Source: Balanoglossus misakiensis
Taxonomy: Eukaryota; Animalia; Hemichordata
NCBI GenBank assembly: GCA_040954595.2
Contig: CM082595.2
Span: forward strand, 4,304,137-4,368,136
Length of the DNA stretch: 64,000 nt
Reading direction: 5' to 3'
In this document: positions 1 to 13,859 of the stretch, piece by piece
Layout: each line of letters starts with the position of its first letter
Position numbering within the stretch: position 1 is the first letter of the stretch
Notes under the pieces: generated by a model
The model's database searches: none
Told to the model about the DNA's origin: nothing
Seen by the model: only the letters and a program-made list of their open reading frames with translations
Position numbers and translations under genes: made by a program

Positions 1-3000
1 ATGAAAATTATGGGCTATAACCCATGATTTTGTGTGAAAAATGGCCAAATTTTAGAAATTAAAAAAGTCGGAAAATTGTGATTTTTTGATGAATATCATG
101 GGCTATATGAAAATTAAAAAGTCGGAAAATTGAGATTTTTTGATGAAATCATGGGCTATAACCCAGATTTTTGTGAAAAATGGCCAAATTTTGAAAATTA
201 GAAAAGTCGGAAAATTGTGATTTTTTGATGAAAATCATGGGCTATAACCCATGATTTTTGTGAAAAATGGCCAATTTGAAATTAAGAAAATCGGGAAATT
301 GTGATTTTTGATGAAAATCATGGGCTATAACCCATGATTTTTGTGACAAATGGCCAAATTTTGAAAATTAGAAAAGTCGGAAAATTGTGATTTTTTGATG
401 AAAATCATGGGCTATAACCCATGATTTTGTGAAAAATGGCCAAATTTTGAAAATTAGAAAAAGTCGGAAATTGTGATTTTTGATGAAAATCATGGGCTAT
501 AACCATGATTTTTGTGAAAAATGGCCAAATTTTGAAAATTAGAAAAGTCGGAAAATTGTGATTTTTGATGAAAATCATGGGCTATAACCCATGATTTTTT
601 GTGAAAAATGGCCAACATTTTGAAAATTAAAAAGTCGGAAAATTGTGATTTTTTGATGAAAATCATGGGCTATAACCCATGATTTTTGTGAAAAATTGCC
701 AAATTTTGAAAATTAAAAAAGTCGGAAAATTGTGATTTTTTGATGAAAATCATGGGCTATAACCCATGATTTTTGTTGAAAAATGGCCAATTTTGAAAAT
801 TAGAAAAGTCGGAAAATTGTGATTTTTTGATGAAAATCATGGGCTATAACCCATGATTTTTGTGAAAAAATGGCCAAATTTTGAAAATTAAAAAAAGTCG
901 GAAAATTGTGATTTTTTGATGAAAATCATGGCTATAACCCATGATTTTGTGAAAAATGCCAAATTTTGAAAATTAGAAAAGTCGGAAAATTGTGATTTTT
1001 TGATGAAAATCATGGGCTATAACCCATGATTTTTGTGAAAAATGGCCAAATTTTGAAAATTAGAAAAGTCGGAAAATTGTGATTTTTTGATAAAAATCAA
1101 GGGCTATAACCCATGATTTTGTGAAAAATGGCCAAATTATGAAAATTAGAAAAGTCGGAAAATTTTGATTTTTTGATGAAAATCATGGCTATAACCCATG
1201 ATTTTTGTGAAAAAATGGCCAAATTTTGAAAATAAAAAAGTCGGAAAATTGTGATTTTTTGATGAAAATCATGGGCTATAACCCATGATTTTTGTGAAAA
1301 ATGGCCAAATTTTGAAAATTAAAAAAGTCGGAAAATTGTGATTTTTTGATGAAAATCATGGGCTATAACCCATGATTTTTGTGAAAAATGGCCAAATTTT
1401 GAAAATTAGAAAAGTCGGAAAATTGTGATTTTTGATGAAAATCATGGCTATAACCCATGATTTTTGTGAAAAATGGCCAAATTTTGAAAAGTAGAAATTC
1501 GGAAAATTGTGATTTTTTGATGAAAATCATGGCTATAACCCATGATTTTTGTGAAAAATGGCCAAATTTTGAAAATTAGAAAAGTCGGAAAATTGTGATT
1601 TTTTGATGAAAATCATGGGCTATAACCCATGATTTTTGTGAAAAATGGCCAAATTTTGAAAATTAGAAAAGTCGGAAAATTGTGATTTTTTGATGAAAAT
1701 CATGGGCTATAACCCATGATTTTTGTGAAAAATGGCCAAATTTTGAAAATTAAAAAAAGTCGGAAAATTGTGATTTTTTGATGAAAATCATGGGCTATAA
1801 CCCATGATTTTTGTGAAAAATGGCCAAATTTTGAAAATTAAGAAAAGTCGGAAAATTGTGATTTTTTGATGAAAATCATGGGCTATAACCCATGATTTTT
1901 GTGAAAAATGGCCAAATTTTGAAAATTAAAAAAGTCGGAAAATTGTGATTTTTTGATGAAAATCATGGGCTATAACCCATGATTTTTGTGAAAAATGGCC
2001 AAATTTTGAAAATTAGAAAAGTCGGAAAATTGTGATTTTTTGATGAAAATCATGGGCTATAACCCATGATTTTTGTGAAAAATGGCCAAATTTTGAAAAT
2101 TAGAAAAGTCGGGAAATTGTGATTTTTTGATGAAAATCATGGGCTATAACCCATGATTTTTGTGAAAAATGGCCAAATTTTGAAAATTAGAAAAGTCGGG
2201 AAATTGTGATTTTTTGATGAAAATCATGGGCTATAACCCATGATTTTTGTGAAAAATGGCCAAATTTTGAAAATTAGAAAAGTCGGAAAATTGTGATTTT
2301 TTGATGAAAATCATGGGCTATAACCCATGATTTTTGTGAAAAATGGCCAAATTTTGAAAATTAAAAAAGTCGGAAAATTGTGATTTTTTGATGAAAATCA
2401 TGGGCTATAACCCATTGTGATTTTTTGATGAAAATCATGGGCTATAACCCATGATTTTTGTGAAAAATGGCCAAATTTTGAAAATTAAAAAAGTCGGAAA
2501 ATTGTGATTTTTTGATGAAAATCATGGGCTATAACCCATGATTTTTGTGAAAAATGGCCAAATTTTGAAAATTAGAAAAGTCGGAAAATTGTGATTTTTT
2601 GATGAAAATCATGGGCTATAACCCATGATTTTTGTGAAAAATGGCCAAATTTTGAAAATTAGAAAAGTCGGAAAATTGTGATTTTTTGATGAAAATCATG
2701 GGCTATAACCCATGATTTTTGTGAAAAATGGCCAAATTTTGAAAATTAAAAAAAGTCGGAAAATTGTGATTTTTTGATGAAAATCATGGGCTATAACCCA
2801 TGATTTTTGTGAAAAATGGCCAAATTTTGAAAATTAGAAAAGTCGGAAAATTGTGATTTTTTGATGAAAATCATGGGCTATAACCCATGATTTTTGTGAA
2901 AAATGGCCAAATTTTGAAAATTAAAAAAGTCGGAAAATTGTGATTTTTTGATGAAAATCATGGGCTATAACCCATGATTTTTGTGAAAAATGGCCAAATT

Positions 3001-6000
3001 TTGAAAATTAAAAAAGTCGGGAAATTGTGATTTTTTGATGAAAATCATGGGCTATAACCCATGATTTTTGTGAAAAATGGCCAAATTTTGAAAATTAGAA
3101 AAGTCGGAAAATTGTGATTTTTTGATGAAAATCATGGGCTATAACCCATGATTTTTGTGAAAAATGGCCAAATTTTGAAAATTAGAAAAGTCGGAAAATT
3201 GTGATTTTTTGATGAAAATCATGGGCTATAACCCATGATTTTTGTGAAAAATGGCCAAATTTTGAAAATTAAAAAAGTCGGAAAATTGTGATTTTTTGAT
3301 GAAAATCATGGGCTATAACCCATGATTTTTGTGAAAAATGGCCAAATTTTGAAAATTAGAAAAGTCGGAAAATTGTGATTTTTTGATGAAAATCATGGGC
3401 TATAACCCATGATTTTTGTGAAAAATGGCCAAATTTTGAAAATTAAAAAAGTCGGGAAATTGTGATTTTTTGATGAAAATCATGGGCTATAACCCATGAT
3501 TTTTGTGAAAAATGGCCAAATTTTGAAAATTAGAAAAGTCGGAAAATTGTGATTTTTTGATGAAAATCATGGGCTATAACCCATGATTTTTGTGAAAAAT
3601 GGCCAAATTTTGAAAATTAGAAAAGTCGGAAAATTGTGATTTTTTGATGAAAATCATGGGCTATAACCCATGATTTTTGTGAAAAATGGCCAAATTTTGA
3701 AAATTAAAAAAGTCGGAAAATTGTGATTTTTTGATGAAAATCATGGGCTATAACCCATGATTTTTGTGAAAAATGGCCAAATTTTGAAAATTAGAAAAGT
3801 CGGAAAATTGTGATTTTTTGATGAAAATCATGGGCTATAACCCATGATTTTTGTGAAAAATGGCCAAATTTTGAAAATTAGAAAAGTCGGAAAATTGTGA
3901 TTTTTTGATGAAAATCATGGGCTATAACCCATGATTTTTGTGAAAAATGGCCAAATTTTGAAAATTAGAAAAGTCGGAAAATTGTGATTTTTTGATGAAA
4001 ATCATGGGCTATAACCCATGATTTTTGTGAAAAATGGCCAAATTTTGAAAATTAGAAAAGTCGGAAAATTGTGATTTTTTGATGAAAATCATGGGCTATA
4101 ACCCATGATTTTTGTGAAAAATGGCCAAATTTTGAAAATTAGAAAAGTCGGAAAATTGTGATTTTTTGATGAAAATCATGGGCTATAACCCATGATTTTT
4201 GTGAAAAATGGCCAAATTTTGAAAATTAGAAAAGTCGGAAAATTGTGATTTTTTGATGAAAATCATGGGCTATAACCCATGATTTTTGTGAAAAATGGCC
4301 AAATTTTGAAAATTAGAAAAGTCGGAAAATTGTGATTTTTTGATGAAAATCATGGGCTATAACCCATGATTTTTGTGAAAAATGGCCAAATTTTGAAAAT
4401 TAGAAAAGTCGGAAAATTGTGATTTTTTGATGAAAATCATGGGCTATAACCCATGATTTTTGTGAAAAATGGCCAAATTTTGAAAATTAAAAAAGTCGGA
4501 AAATTGTGATTTTTTGATGAAAATCATGGGCTATAACCCATGATTTTTGTGAAAAATGGCCAAATTTTGAAAATTAAAAAAGTCGGAAAATTGTGATTTT
4601 TTGATGAAAATCATGGGCTATAACCCATGATTTTTGTGAAAAATGGCCAAATTTTGAAAATTAAAAAAGTCGGAAAATTGTGATTTTTTGATGAAAATCA
4701 TGGGCTATAACCCATGATTTTTGTGAAAAATGGCCAAATTTTGAAAATTAAAAAAGTCGGAAAATTGTGATTTTTTGATGAAAATCATGGGCTATAACCC
4801 ATGATTTTTGTGAAAAATGGCCAAATTTTGAAAATTAGAAAAGTCGGGAAATTGTGATTTTTTGATGAAAATCATGGGCTATAACCCATGATTTTTGTGA
4901 AAAATGGCCAAATTTTGAAAATTAGAAAAGTCGGGAAATTGTGATTTTTTGATGAAAATCATGGGCTATAACCCATGATTTTTGTGAAAAATGGCCAAAT
5001 TTTGAAAATTAGAAAAGTCGGGAAATTGTGATTTTTTGATGAAAATCATGGGCTATAACCCATGATTTTTGTGAAAAATGGCCAAATTTTGAAAATTAGA
5101 AAAGTCGGGAAATTGTGATTTTTTGATGAAAATCATGGGCTATAACCCATGATTTTTGTGAAAAATGGCCAAATTTTGAAAATTAGAAAAGTCGGAAAAT
5201 TGTGATTTTTTGATGAAAATCATGGGCTATAACCCATGATTTTTGTGAAAAATGGCCAAATTTTGAAAATTAAAAAAGTCGGAAAATTGTGATTTTTTGA
5301 TGAAAATCATGGGCTATAACCCATGATTTTTGTGAAAAATGGCCAAATTTTGAAAATTAAAAAAGTCGGAAAATTGTGATTTTTTGATGAAAATCATGGG
5401 CTATAACCCATGATTTTTGTGAAAAATGGCCAAATTTTGAAAATTAGAAAAGTCGGAAAATTGTGATTTTTTGATGAAAATCATGGGCTATAACCCATGA
5501 TTTTTGTGAAAAATGGCCAAATTTTGAAAATTAAAAAAGTCGGAAAATTGTGATTTTTTGATGAAAATCATGGGCTATAACCCATGATTTTTGTGAAAAA
5601 TGGCCAAATTTTGAAAATTAAAAAAGTCGGAAAATTGTGATTTTTTGATGAAAATCATGGGCTATAACCCATGATTTTTGTGAAAAATGGCCAAATTTTG
5701 AAAATTAGAAAAGTCGGAAAATTGTGATTTTTTGATGAAAATCATGGGCTATAACCCATGATTTTTGTGAAAAATGGCCAAATTTTGAAAATTAAAAAAG
5801 TCGGAAAATTGTGATTTTTTGATGAAAATCATGGGCTATAACCCATGATTTTTGTGAAAAATGGCCAAATTTTGAAAATTAGAAAAGTCGGAAAATTGTG
5901 ATTTTTTGATGAAAATCATGGGCTATAACCCATGATTTTTGTGAAAAATGGCCAAATTTTGAAAATTAGAAAAGTCGGAAAATTGTGATTTTTTGATGAA

Positions 6001-7780
6001 AATCATGGGCTATAACCCATGATTTTTGTGAAAAATGGCCAAATTTTGAAAATTAGAAAAGTCGGAAAATTGTGATTTTTTGATGAAAATCATGGGCTAT
6101 AACCCATGATTTTTGTGAAAAATGGCCAAATTTTGAAAATTAGAAAAGTCGGAAAATTGTGATTTTTTGATGAAAATCATGGGCTCTAACCCATGATTTT
6201 TGTGAAAAATGGCCAAATTTTGAAAATTAAAAAAGTCGGAAAATTGTGATTTTTTGATGAAAATCATGGGCTCTAACCCATGATTTTTGTGAAAAATGGC
6301 CAAATTTTGAAAATTAAAAAAGTCGGAAAATTGTGATTTTTTGATGAAAATCATGGGCTCTAACCCATGATTTTTGTGAAAAATGGCCAAATTTTGAAAA
6401 TTAAAAAAGTCGGAAAATTGTGATTTTTTGATGAAAATCATGGGCTCTAACCCATGATTTTTGTGAAAAATGGCCAAATTTTGAAAATTAAAAAAGTCGG
6501 AAAATTGTGATTTTTTGATGAAAATCATGGGCTATAACCCATGATTTTTGTGAAAAATGGCCAAATTTTGAAAATTAAAAAAGTCGGAAAATTGTGATTT
6601 TTTGATGAAAATCATGGGCTATAACCCATGATTTTTGTGAAAAATGGCCAAATTTTGAAAATTAAAAAAGTCGGAAAATTGTGATTTTTTGATGAAAATC
6701 ATGGGCTATAACCCATGATTTTTGTGAAAAATGGCCAAATTTTGAAAATTAAAAAAGTCGGAAAATTGTGATTTTTGATGAAAATCATGGGCTATAACCC
6801 ATGATTTTTGTGAAAAATGGCCAAATTTTGAAAATTAGAAAAGTCGGAAAATTGTGATTTTTTGATGAAAATCATGGGCTATAACCCATGATTTTTGTGA
6901 AAAATGGCCAAATTTTGAAAATTAGAAAAGTCGGAAAATTGTGATTTTTTGATGAAAATCATGGGCTATAACCCATGATTTTTGTGAAAAATGGCCAAAT
7001 TTTGAAAATTAGAAAAGTCGGAAAATTGTGATTTTTTGATGAAAATCATGGGCTCTAACCCATGATTTTTGTGAAAAATGGCCAAATTTTGAAAATTAGA
7101 AAAGTCGGAAAATTGTGATTTTTTGATGAAAATCATGGGCTCTAACCCATGATTTTTGTGAAAAATGGCCAAATTTTGAAAATTAAAAAAGTCGGAAAAT
7201 TGTGATTTTTTGATGAAAATCATGGGCTCTAACCCATGATTTTTGTGAAAAATGGCCAAATTTTGAAAATTAAAAAAGTCGGAAAATTGTGATTTTTTGA
7301 TGAAAATCATGGGCTATAACCCATGATTTTTGTGAAAAATGGCCAAATTTTGAAAATTAAAAAAGTCGGAAAATTGTGATTTTTTGATGAAAATCATGGG
7401 CTATAACCCATGATTTTTGTGAAAAATGGCCAAATTTTGAAAATTAAAAAAGTCGGAAAATTGTGATTTTTTGATGAAAATCATGGGCTATAACCCATGA
7501 TTTTTGTGAAAAATGGCCAAATTTTGAAAATTAAAAAAGTCGGAAAATTGTGATTTTTTGATGAAAATCATGGGCTATAACCCATGATTTTTGTGAAAAA
7601 TTGCCAAATTTTGAAAATTAAAAAAGTCGGAAAATTGTGATTTTTTGATGAAAATCATGGGCTATAACCCATGATTTTTGTGAAAAATGGCCAAATTTTG
7701 AAAATTAAAAAAGTCGGAAAATTGTGATTTTTGATGATTTTCATGGGCTATAACCCATGATTTTTGTGAAAAATGGCCTA
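1..7780. repeat. 87-bp tandem satellite array (~89 monomers, runs off the left edge of the window)
   Basis: Unit ATGAAAATCATGGGCTATAACCCATGATTTTTGTGAAAAATGGCCAAATTTTGAAAATTA(G/A)AAAAGTCGGAAAATTGTGATTTTTTG repeated head to tail; ORF track shows matching 29-aa periodicity. Confidence 0.98.
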
Positions 7781-7782
7781 AT

Positions 7783-7862
7783 TCATGGGTTCATGCTCAT
7801 GAAAATCATCAAAAAATGACAATATTTCGACTTTGGGAAATGTCAAAATTTCTTCATTTTAT
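7783..7862 (-). repeat. Diverged, inverted single copy of the 87-bp satellite monomer at the array boundary
   Basis: TCATGGGTTCATGCTCATGAAAATCATCAAAAAATGACAATATTTCGACTTTGGGAAATGTCAAAATTTCTTCATTTT aligns colinearly with the reverse complement of the monomer. Confidence 0.8.
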
Positions 7863-9184
7863 TTAATAAAACATTTCAAACAATGAACACGCGCACACAT
7901 GCATCTTCTCAAAATATATTTTATTGATCTTCACTTCCTGTCCAGGAAGTAAACAATAACTATGTTCCTTATATTTATTCTCCACAAGAGCAAATCCCTT
8001 AAAAGACTTAGTTAAGCTTTTAATTAATACAAACTTCGTGTGAAATTAAAAATAGTAGGCTGCAATTGTCGCCTTGGAGATATGCTACATCTTATTCTTT
8101 ACCACTGAAAAATCCTACTTCTGTTACTTTGGATTGCTTACTACAAGCAGACGACAAAATGTGATACTTATTTTAATTTTGGCTATGCATGCTGAATGCA
8201 ATAAATTAATGTCTATTTCGTGCATGGTTCGATCATCTGTAACCCTTTATCGTAGAATTAACGATGGATTGTAACATAGAGGCCCCTACATGTATGCTCA
8301 GGGTAATGTGTAGTAAAAAAATTTTATTGCCAAATCTATGCAAAATATGTAGATGAAAGACTTCGTAAATAAATCATTACCAAAGTCCTGAGATTAGCAC
8401 AAACAAATGTCCACATTTCCCGCATATAGAATTTGACGCAATAAACATTAAATTACTTTGGACGTTATACGATCATTGTCACCATTTGTGCAAATTTTGG
8501 CATCGTTTTTGCATGTGTTGCGATAAATGCATAAATCTTTCCTCCGGTTAATTCAAGTGAGTCACGTGACCCCTATTGCACCATGTTTGTAACCCAAAGT
8601 TATTCTTGAATGACCAGTGCATATCACACACAAAATAACTGCAGCATATTAATTCAAGTAGTACTGAGGTTGTAATAAAATACAGGAGAAAATGCTATCT
8701 GTTGACATTATGTCGAAATGTGGGATTATTTGAAAATGATTTTTTTCTTGTTACCACGCCAGACGTTCAGATGACGGAAACAAAATATGTTGACTTTATC
8801 ATATGCATTATTCTAAACATATTTCTAATAATTGTCAATGTTTTCTTCGAGGCAAGACTAATGCACTTTGACGGTATTCTACGTCGTGATATTACAAAGT
8901 TTGTCTTTTTGCATTAAAGAAATTAATTTCTAACGACCAAAGACTTCAAATCTTTACATAATAGTACTTTTACTATATACACTAAACGTCCACGCGTATT
9001 TGTGTATGATCATTTCAACGAAAGCTGCAATGGTTGAAACCAAATTGCCTTAGCGTTAAAAACCTCCACTAGCCACCTTCCCCATCACCTGAAAATCATC
9101 TGTACACGATTGTTCTACAATGTCCATAGCATCAGCTTTGTGAAAATTTCTAACGGTTGGATGGAATTTCTCACAGATCTTTAC

Positions 9185-12100
9185 CTACAGCCCCGATCCA
9201 CCGGAATTGAAGTATCGCCCGTTCTTGTCGACCAAAACCCACTGCATAATACACGCGTCGAGACCGCCTGTTGAAACCAGAAATTTGTCTTCTGGCAGGA
9301 AGCGAACGCCGGTCACGTGAGAGCTGTACGCCTTGTTGTCGTGACTTTCAGCCTAAACAAAAGAAAAAAGTCAATGATCATACTGTCAGTCATATTCTCT
9401 CATCCTCTGTTGCTGGTATTTTAATCGAAAAAGCTTTATACCAGAAAGGGATATTGAGAGGAAGTTGACAAAGTTTACATTATGCAGGACATACAATTTC
9501 ATTTTACACAGCCGGGATTTTGCTCAGCTTTGCTTACCTTCAACGAAGTACATGGATATCTAAAAACGGAGAGAAAACCATGATTGTCACCAGCTACCAC
9601 CATGTCATTATGTTGTGATGTCTCCACAGCGTTGATGTCAGTACCAACATCTTTTGATGACCAAACACCTGATGGGGAAACAAAACACGAACATGATGAA
9701 CCATTAAAGGGACAAAGTGGCTCTCTAACTGCCCTATTTCCATTCATTACGTTTGATACAAGTCATTGTTTATGTTAATGTACATGTGGATATATAGTGA
9801 ATCAACGTTCAAGCACATACACCATAACAGTGAAAAACTCGCCAAAATGAATAATCGGTCTTTACCATTTATTCATTTTGGGGGAATGTTTACTCTCATA
9901 CAAAGTTCTTACCGAGCAACGAATATCCCAGGATACATGACTGTGAGTACCACTCCACATCTCGCATCGACAACACACTCTTCTCGTTCTTCAAGCTGTT
10001 GACATCCCCTTCAAAGCAAAATAACAAAACAAAAACAAAAACACGGATTCTTTTGTAAAAATGGTGGCGCTATCGTGTGCGGTAACGTGAGATTTAAACA
10101 GCAAACATTGGACCCATTTTCAACACGGACGATCCTGGCAAATTAAGGTCGTATTCTGCTAAAGTGGCAAACTGCCAATGTTCTGTGGCATAGGATATGA
10201 CAATTGCCACTTTCACATCAATTATACTTACAAAACATAAGATCATAGTTTCCAGAGACGCTCTGCATGTAGCATCCGTCTTTCGACCAGTCAAGATGGG
10301 TGACGAAATTCTCGTGTCCTCTCAGGACCCCGATCTTGCGGTACACCTGGCCGCCGTCCAACACCGAGAAGAGGTAGATGCTGTTGTCGTGGGAACCCAG
10401 GGCCAGGATGCCGCCGTCGGGACTGAATTTCAGGCAGTCCAGCTGATCCTGTCCCACCTGCACCGAGGTGACGTGCATGCCGTTGTAGGTGTTCAGGATG
10501 ATGAAGCGACCCGTGGTCGTGCCCAGCGCTAATACCGAACCACCCGGATGGAACTCACAGGACAGGCAAGGTTTCTGCAACAGGTTATTGAAATGACGTT
10601 ATAGAACAGGTTCTACAAGTCTCACACATTCTCCAGCATCCGAGTATTCTTCGTCTTTAAATATCATCAATAGCCTAATCAAACGCACTATATATTAAAT
10701 GGCCACCATCGTCTTATGCGCATGTGCCAAACTAGAGACATTGGTTACAAAATTGTATTACACAGTCTTTGCCATAAGTCAGTGTGCTGTCCTTACAATA
10801 GACAGCATAGCGGCGACCACAGTCTGCGTCGGAGATCGGGAAAAGACAGCAGTCCACTATTTGAATGCGTCGAACGCAAAATTTGCATTACAATTGGATT
10901 GGACGTAATGTTTGTACACGCGAAATTACGCACATGCGCATAAAAACAATCGTCGACCTTTGAGGAGGCGTCACCTAAACTGCACAAGAAGGTCACTCAG
11001 AGGTCACGGGAAAAGACCTATTCTCACCTCAATCTGTGTCTTCCAGATGACTTTATGCGACTCTGCACCCCACATGATGACGTTCATATCGTAACCACCG
11101 GTCACAAAGACGTTCTCCTGCGGATGTACAGCCAACGCCCAGATTTCCTCGCAGTGACCTTGCACCACGTTTCGGAATTTCATCTGTAACGAGCCTTCAA
11201 GGATTGAGTTGCGTGTTGTGCCAACGACGACGACGCCATCCGCGCTTCCGCTGTTTCTTGGTGTAATGGTGCGAACTCCTCCAACTGATTCGGGTAACTG
11301 CAGAAGTAAAGGGGATAACGGAGAGGTGATAGGCTGTATTTGAAGTGAATATCACATTCGATATGTTCATTTAGTACGTACGTACATACGTACGATGTAT
11401 GTATGTATGTATGTGTGTGTATGTATGTATGTGTGTATGTGTGTATGTATGTATGTATGTATGTATGTATGTATGTATGTATGTATGTATGTATGTATGT
11501 ATGTATGTATGTATGTATGTATGTATGTATGTATGTATGTATGTATGTATGTATGTATGTATGTATGTATGTATGTATGTATGTATTCAAATACATGTAT
11601 CGTTTTGCTAACATATAATACTGACCACTCGTTCAGCCTTGGCTGAGCTGTACGCCCGCAGGGAATCCCAAGCCACAAGCTTCCTGTCAACGCCCCCGCC
11701 GGACAGGAGGGTACCGTCCGCCAACATACACAGCGCGAAAACGCTCTTCTCGTGCGCATGCTGTATGCGATGCTTGGAGCGATATACACTAGCCGAGTCT
11801 GCGAACAAAAATGAAATACTAATGGTTAATAAGCCTTACCGATGGCCAAATGGTATTTTTTTAAATTTTAAGTGTGCTGAAATTATTTGCCAAAATAACG
11901 CCGCCATATCTATTTCTACTAATATTTCGAGAATATTTTAGAATACATAACAGAGAGACGTTTTGTCGCTGGTGGAAAACACTGTGCAAAATGCTCAAAG
12001 GGGTTTTGGAAATATTGCGAAAAGACGTCATACCTTTTGACCAGACTGTGATACTGCCATTGGAATCACCCGTGATGACGTCACCATTGTGGGCGAAGTC

Positions 12101-13808
12101 TATACACGTGACGTATTTGGGTTTCTCCTCCTATGAAAGAAATGTAACGGCGCAGATTTAGTCGTGTACAGAACAAACTATTGTTTGAAATGTGCCCCTC
12201 TTAATACCCGGCATGCACTGCATGTCCTTAAAATTAGGTTGATCTTCAATATTCACCGATTTTAAGAACACGAAGAAACAGCAAAGCACAAGAACTATAC
12301 ACTGACAATACAGACAGCGCGACTGACACAGAAAAAAGCAGACGACACTTTACAAGCAAATACAACCACTGACGGAGCTCTAATACTGCACATTTGGACA
12401 ATATTTCAATTCAAAATTTTAGACAAGACATCCATATAATTTGAATGCAATTTGCGTAAATTTAGTCTGGGCTGTCCGGCGTCACAACACCATGGAAATA
12501 CCCTTCTACATGTACATTATTTGCATAGAAAATTTTGATGCCTGGTGTTCTGGTAGCACGTGACGTCACGCCCGTGACCACCACTCGATGAAAAAAAAAA
12601 GGTTTGATACTACAATAAAAACCAACCGCGGGTGATTTTGACAAGAATTCATAATTACTGTACGGAGTTAGTAGAAAGATGATCAGACGGCTATTCTGGT
12701 TCATTAGGTGGGGAATACTATATTGAAATCAAAACCATTCCGCCTCTAAAGTAATAGTCAAGACAAATCATAATCTAAGCATGCCAGGGAAAGTCTTCCA
12801 CTTGCCAGTGGAGCGTTGGCATTTAAAGCAAACAGCTAACGTGGTTTACGCAGATGGGTTTGGGATAAGGGACATTTTACCGGTGGTGGCGTGCAGCTGA
12901 TATGCGGCTTTCTGTGCAATAAGTCCTGTAACTTTTAATACTTCAGTGCAGTTAAATTCTACACGGCCTATTTTGGATGTCGAAATGTGTTCACTTACGT
13001 GAAGATAACCAAGTGATGAGTTGACACTGTGTGTCCATTTGTTAAACTGAACAAACGAAAAGAAGAGACGAGGGAACCAACAAAGGGTTGTTAGTTACGA
13101 ACATAGAGGTCGCTCCATTCAGTTCTGCAAAAGGGAATGGGGGCAGGGTGTAACGCAGCGAGGGGATAGCGTCTCTCACCCCTTTCGCACAATGGTCTAA
13201 CCTGTCATTTTATGTTCACATCCAAGAGGCAAAACATACTTCTGTATTCATGAAAATGGCAGCAGGACATGCTGTGATTCGCCTTCAAAATCGTTGAACA
13301 ATTTACTGGGGAAAATGCATTGGTCGGGGGGTCTTGTGACGTCGCTTTGCAATTGAAAAAATGGCCGAACGAGATCGAATGAGAACATTTATGGATGCCA
13401 TGTCTGAACTGCGAGTGTCACTTGCGAGAGAGGAGATAGACATGTACACCGAACGAACGATTGAACAAAATGGCGGCATGCACCTTACCTCAAACACGCC
13501 ACTTTTCTTGTCGCGCAGAATTTTGTTCTGCATGAGCCTCCAGAAATAGAGATGTTGCTTGCCACCGGTGATTATGCAGTTGTCGTCATGGGGATGGAAC
13601 ACTGCAAATATTACAGTGTCGGGATGGGTCTGCAAGAGGGAAATACACAACATAAAGTTATTTTAAGCCTAGATATGTTTATGAAAATATCAACAATTCT
13701 ACAAGTCTAGACCAAGAATATGTCCAGCCAAAAAAAAGCCAAGGTAAGTGTGTGAACGACCATCGGGCGCCACTGAACAGTACTCTGGATATTGGCGCCA
13801 TATAAATG

Positions 13809-13859
<51 letters not shown>

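Noticed and set aside
1-1500. Higher monomer divergence at the left end
   Set aside because: Mostly homopolymer indels, as expected from low-coverage consensus error near a contig end, so not treated as biological.
6097-7310. 29-aa repeat ORFs (MIFIKKSQFSDFFNFQNLAIFHKNHGLEP)
   Set aside because: Artefact of an 87-bp (3n) monomer in which the loop variant removes a TAG; no evidence of coding function.
1-7780. CRISPR-like array (palindromic repeat units)
   Set aside because: No unique spacers, no cas genes, eukaryotic context.
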